Below are positions 47,560 through 49,158 of a stretch of 49,158 nucleotides of DNA, in pieces. The stretch covers positions 1-49,158 of the forward strand of contig JAQGDQ010001294.1 of assembly GCA_030141605.1 (NCBI GenBank). The letters are read 5' to 3'. A program made the position numbers and the translations under genes. Numbering within the stretch: the first letter of the stretch is position 1; each line of letters opens with the position of its first letter. A model generated the notes under the pieces. That model saw only the letters and a list, made by a program, of their open reading frames with translations. It did not search any database and was not told where the DNA came from. The stretch is from Tubiluchus corallicola. Lineage: Eukaryota; Animalia; Priapulida.

Positions 47560-48040
47560 AGCCATTAAGGATACAAAATCTAGGTGTTAATTCAAAAACC
47601 GGCAAAAACCGAAAAATGGGGATTGGGAACAGAAATGGATCAAGTGTATTATAATAGTACCGTGTAGCAATGACAAATGAAAGGTCTCGATGACGCGAAT
47701 CATGGCATAGGTTACAATGAGAATGGTTGACCCGCGACCCCGTTAGGGGGCAAAAACGGAAAAATGGGGGTCGGGAACTAAAATGGACCGAGTGTCTACG
47801 AATAGTACCATGTAGCATATCAAATGAAAGGTTTTGATGAGGCGAATCGAATGGTACAGGTCACAGTACGAATCGTTAACCATTGACACGATTGTTAAGG
47901 GACAAAATAGGGGTCGAGGAGACAAATGCCTTCCAGGGTTTGCCAAAAGTAGGTTGTGCATATCAAATGAAAGGTCTCAATGAGACAAACTGAATGATAT
48001 AAATAATACCAAGATTGTTGACCTTTGACCCGTGGATGAT
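47560..48040. repeat. Interspersed repeat with three diverged internal subunits
   Basis: caaatgaaaggt recurs at about 47674, 47821 and 47964 with shared flanks (aaaatgggg, aatagtacc.tgtagca). Confidence 0.65.
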
Positions 48041-48565
48041 GGGCTCAACAGTTAAATGCTGAGGTTTCATTGTGAAATGCACTTTCCATGTATTCAAGCA
48101 ATTCAATTAAAGAAAATAAGCACTTTCAAAAAAGGCTGTCGTCTCTTCATTTTTCAAGCTGAATTTTACAACTATTGTTTGTGAAATCTTCAGTTTCTGA
48201 CCACGTAAGAAACATTGTCAACTAGTTATTTCAGCATACAATGCCACGAAAACATACAATTAACATTTATATCTTAAAACTACGCTAAAATACCCAAAGT
48301 ACTAAAATGCTAAAAAAGTACTAAAGTTGTATTAAAATACTATACATATAAAATAGACTGAAATTATTAAAATGTAAAATCTTTTAAAATGTTGTAGCTA
48401 AGTTAATACAGTATTCCGCAATTTAGAAAATCGATTTAAAATACACGCCTGAATTGACAATAAAGTGTAAAAAAATTATTGTTCATTTTAATGTTGTGAT
48501 GTTCTAATATTGTAAATAATAATTATAATATTATTGATAACAAATAACATAAATAAATATAACAT

Positions 48566-48936
48566 TGTTACGGAGGCACTCTTGTCACGACAGATATAGG
48601 GTGTGCATGCCCTGCACACCCTGCTTCCACGTTATCAGCTTGTAGATCCAGACATCTTGTTTGGGCCTTACACGTGGCGTGAGCAGCCAGCTGACCTAGA
48701 ATGCCAGTATAAAAGCGTGTAGAGGTCATTACAGCCTTGGATTTCTGACACAGGTGATCCTCGGCCTAGTATACATGTGTGCTGTTATTTACTTGAGTTA
48801 GTGTTTTGTGCATTTTGTTCCCCCTTCTTTTTGTTATTAGTGTTAGCAATAAAACTTGTTACAGAGTTGTTTTAGTGTTCTATTTTGTGTGCTAGATGAC
48901 TTGTTACAGGAGGTATATGCAGTTATTTCATAAACA
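48566..48936 (+). mobile_element. Candidate solo LTR
   Basis: Starts TGTTACG, TATAAAA at about 48708, AATAAA at about 48848, ends ...CATAAACA; GC-richer than flanks; no clean TSD. Confidence 0.55.
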
Positions 48937-49158
48937 ATTCATTACTAATTAAGGTAGAATTTGTAATTAAGTGAATTTCAGTAGTTGAGTAATTACATTG
49001 GAGAACGACTATACAAAATGGATCACCACAATGCGAAATTTCAAGACCGCCATGCTATTGTCGTGAAGCTCACGATTCCTTTATCTTATTTTTATTAATT
49101 ATTAGTTTTTAATTATGATCATTAGTCATATTATTATATTCTCTTGTTAAAACATCAA

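Overview
AT-rich, intron-rich eukaryotic DNA, most likely from an invertebrate animal; nothing in it is prokaryotic or viral. Four spliced protein-coding genes can be rebuilt by hand with consistent intron phases. (1) The 3' half (ECL2/TM5 to C-terminus) of a class A peptide-type GPCR, + strand, 3 exons, 985-10499. (2) A complete 12-exon SLC22 organic cation/anion transporter, - strand, 21038-12988, 560 aa, whose introns 5 and 6 both appear to use GC donors. (3) A 2-exon GT31 (beta-1,3-glycosyltransferase-like) gene, - strand, 29874-23464, 347 aa, with atypical C-terminal motifs and a stop codon inside a 41-bp minisatellite. (4) An SLC7 heteromeric amino-acid transporter light chain, + strand, 8 exons from 36384 to 47061; its last exon was not identified. 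Introns and intergenic DNA hold microsatellites, four minisatellites (54, 41, 28 and 82 bp), several MITEs (two with perfect 8-bp TSDs, hAT-like), candidate solo LTRs, a decayed Gypsy gag fragment, tRNA-derived SINE heads and several fold-back hairpins. I found no convincing new multi-gene system. The best leads are the consecutive GC-AG introns, the repeat-derived GT31 C-terminus, the divergent active-site motifs and an intronic pre-miRNA-sized hairpin.
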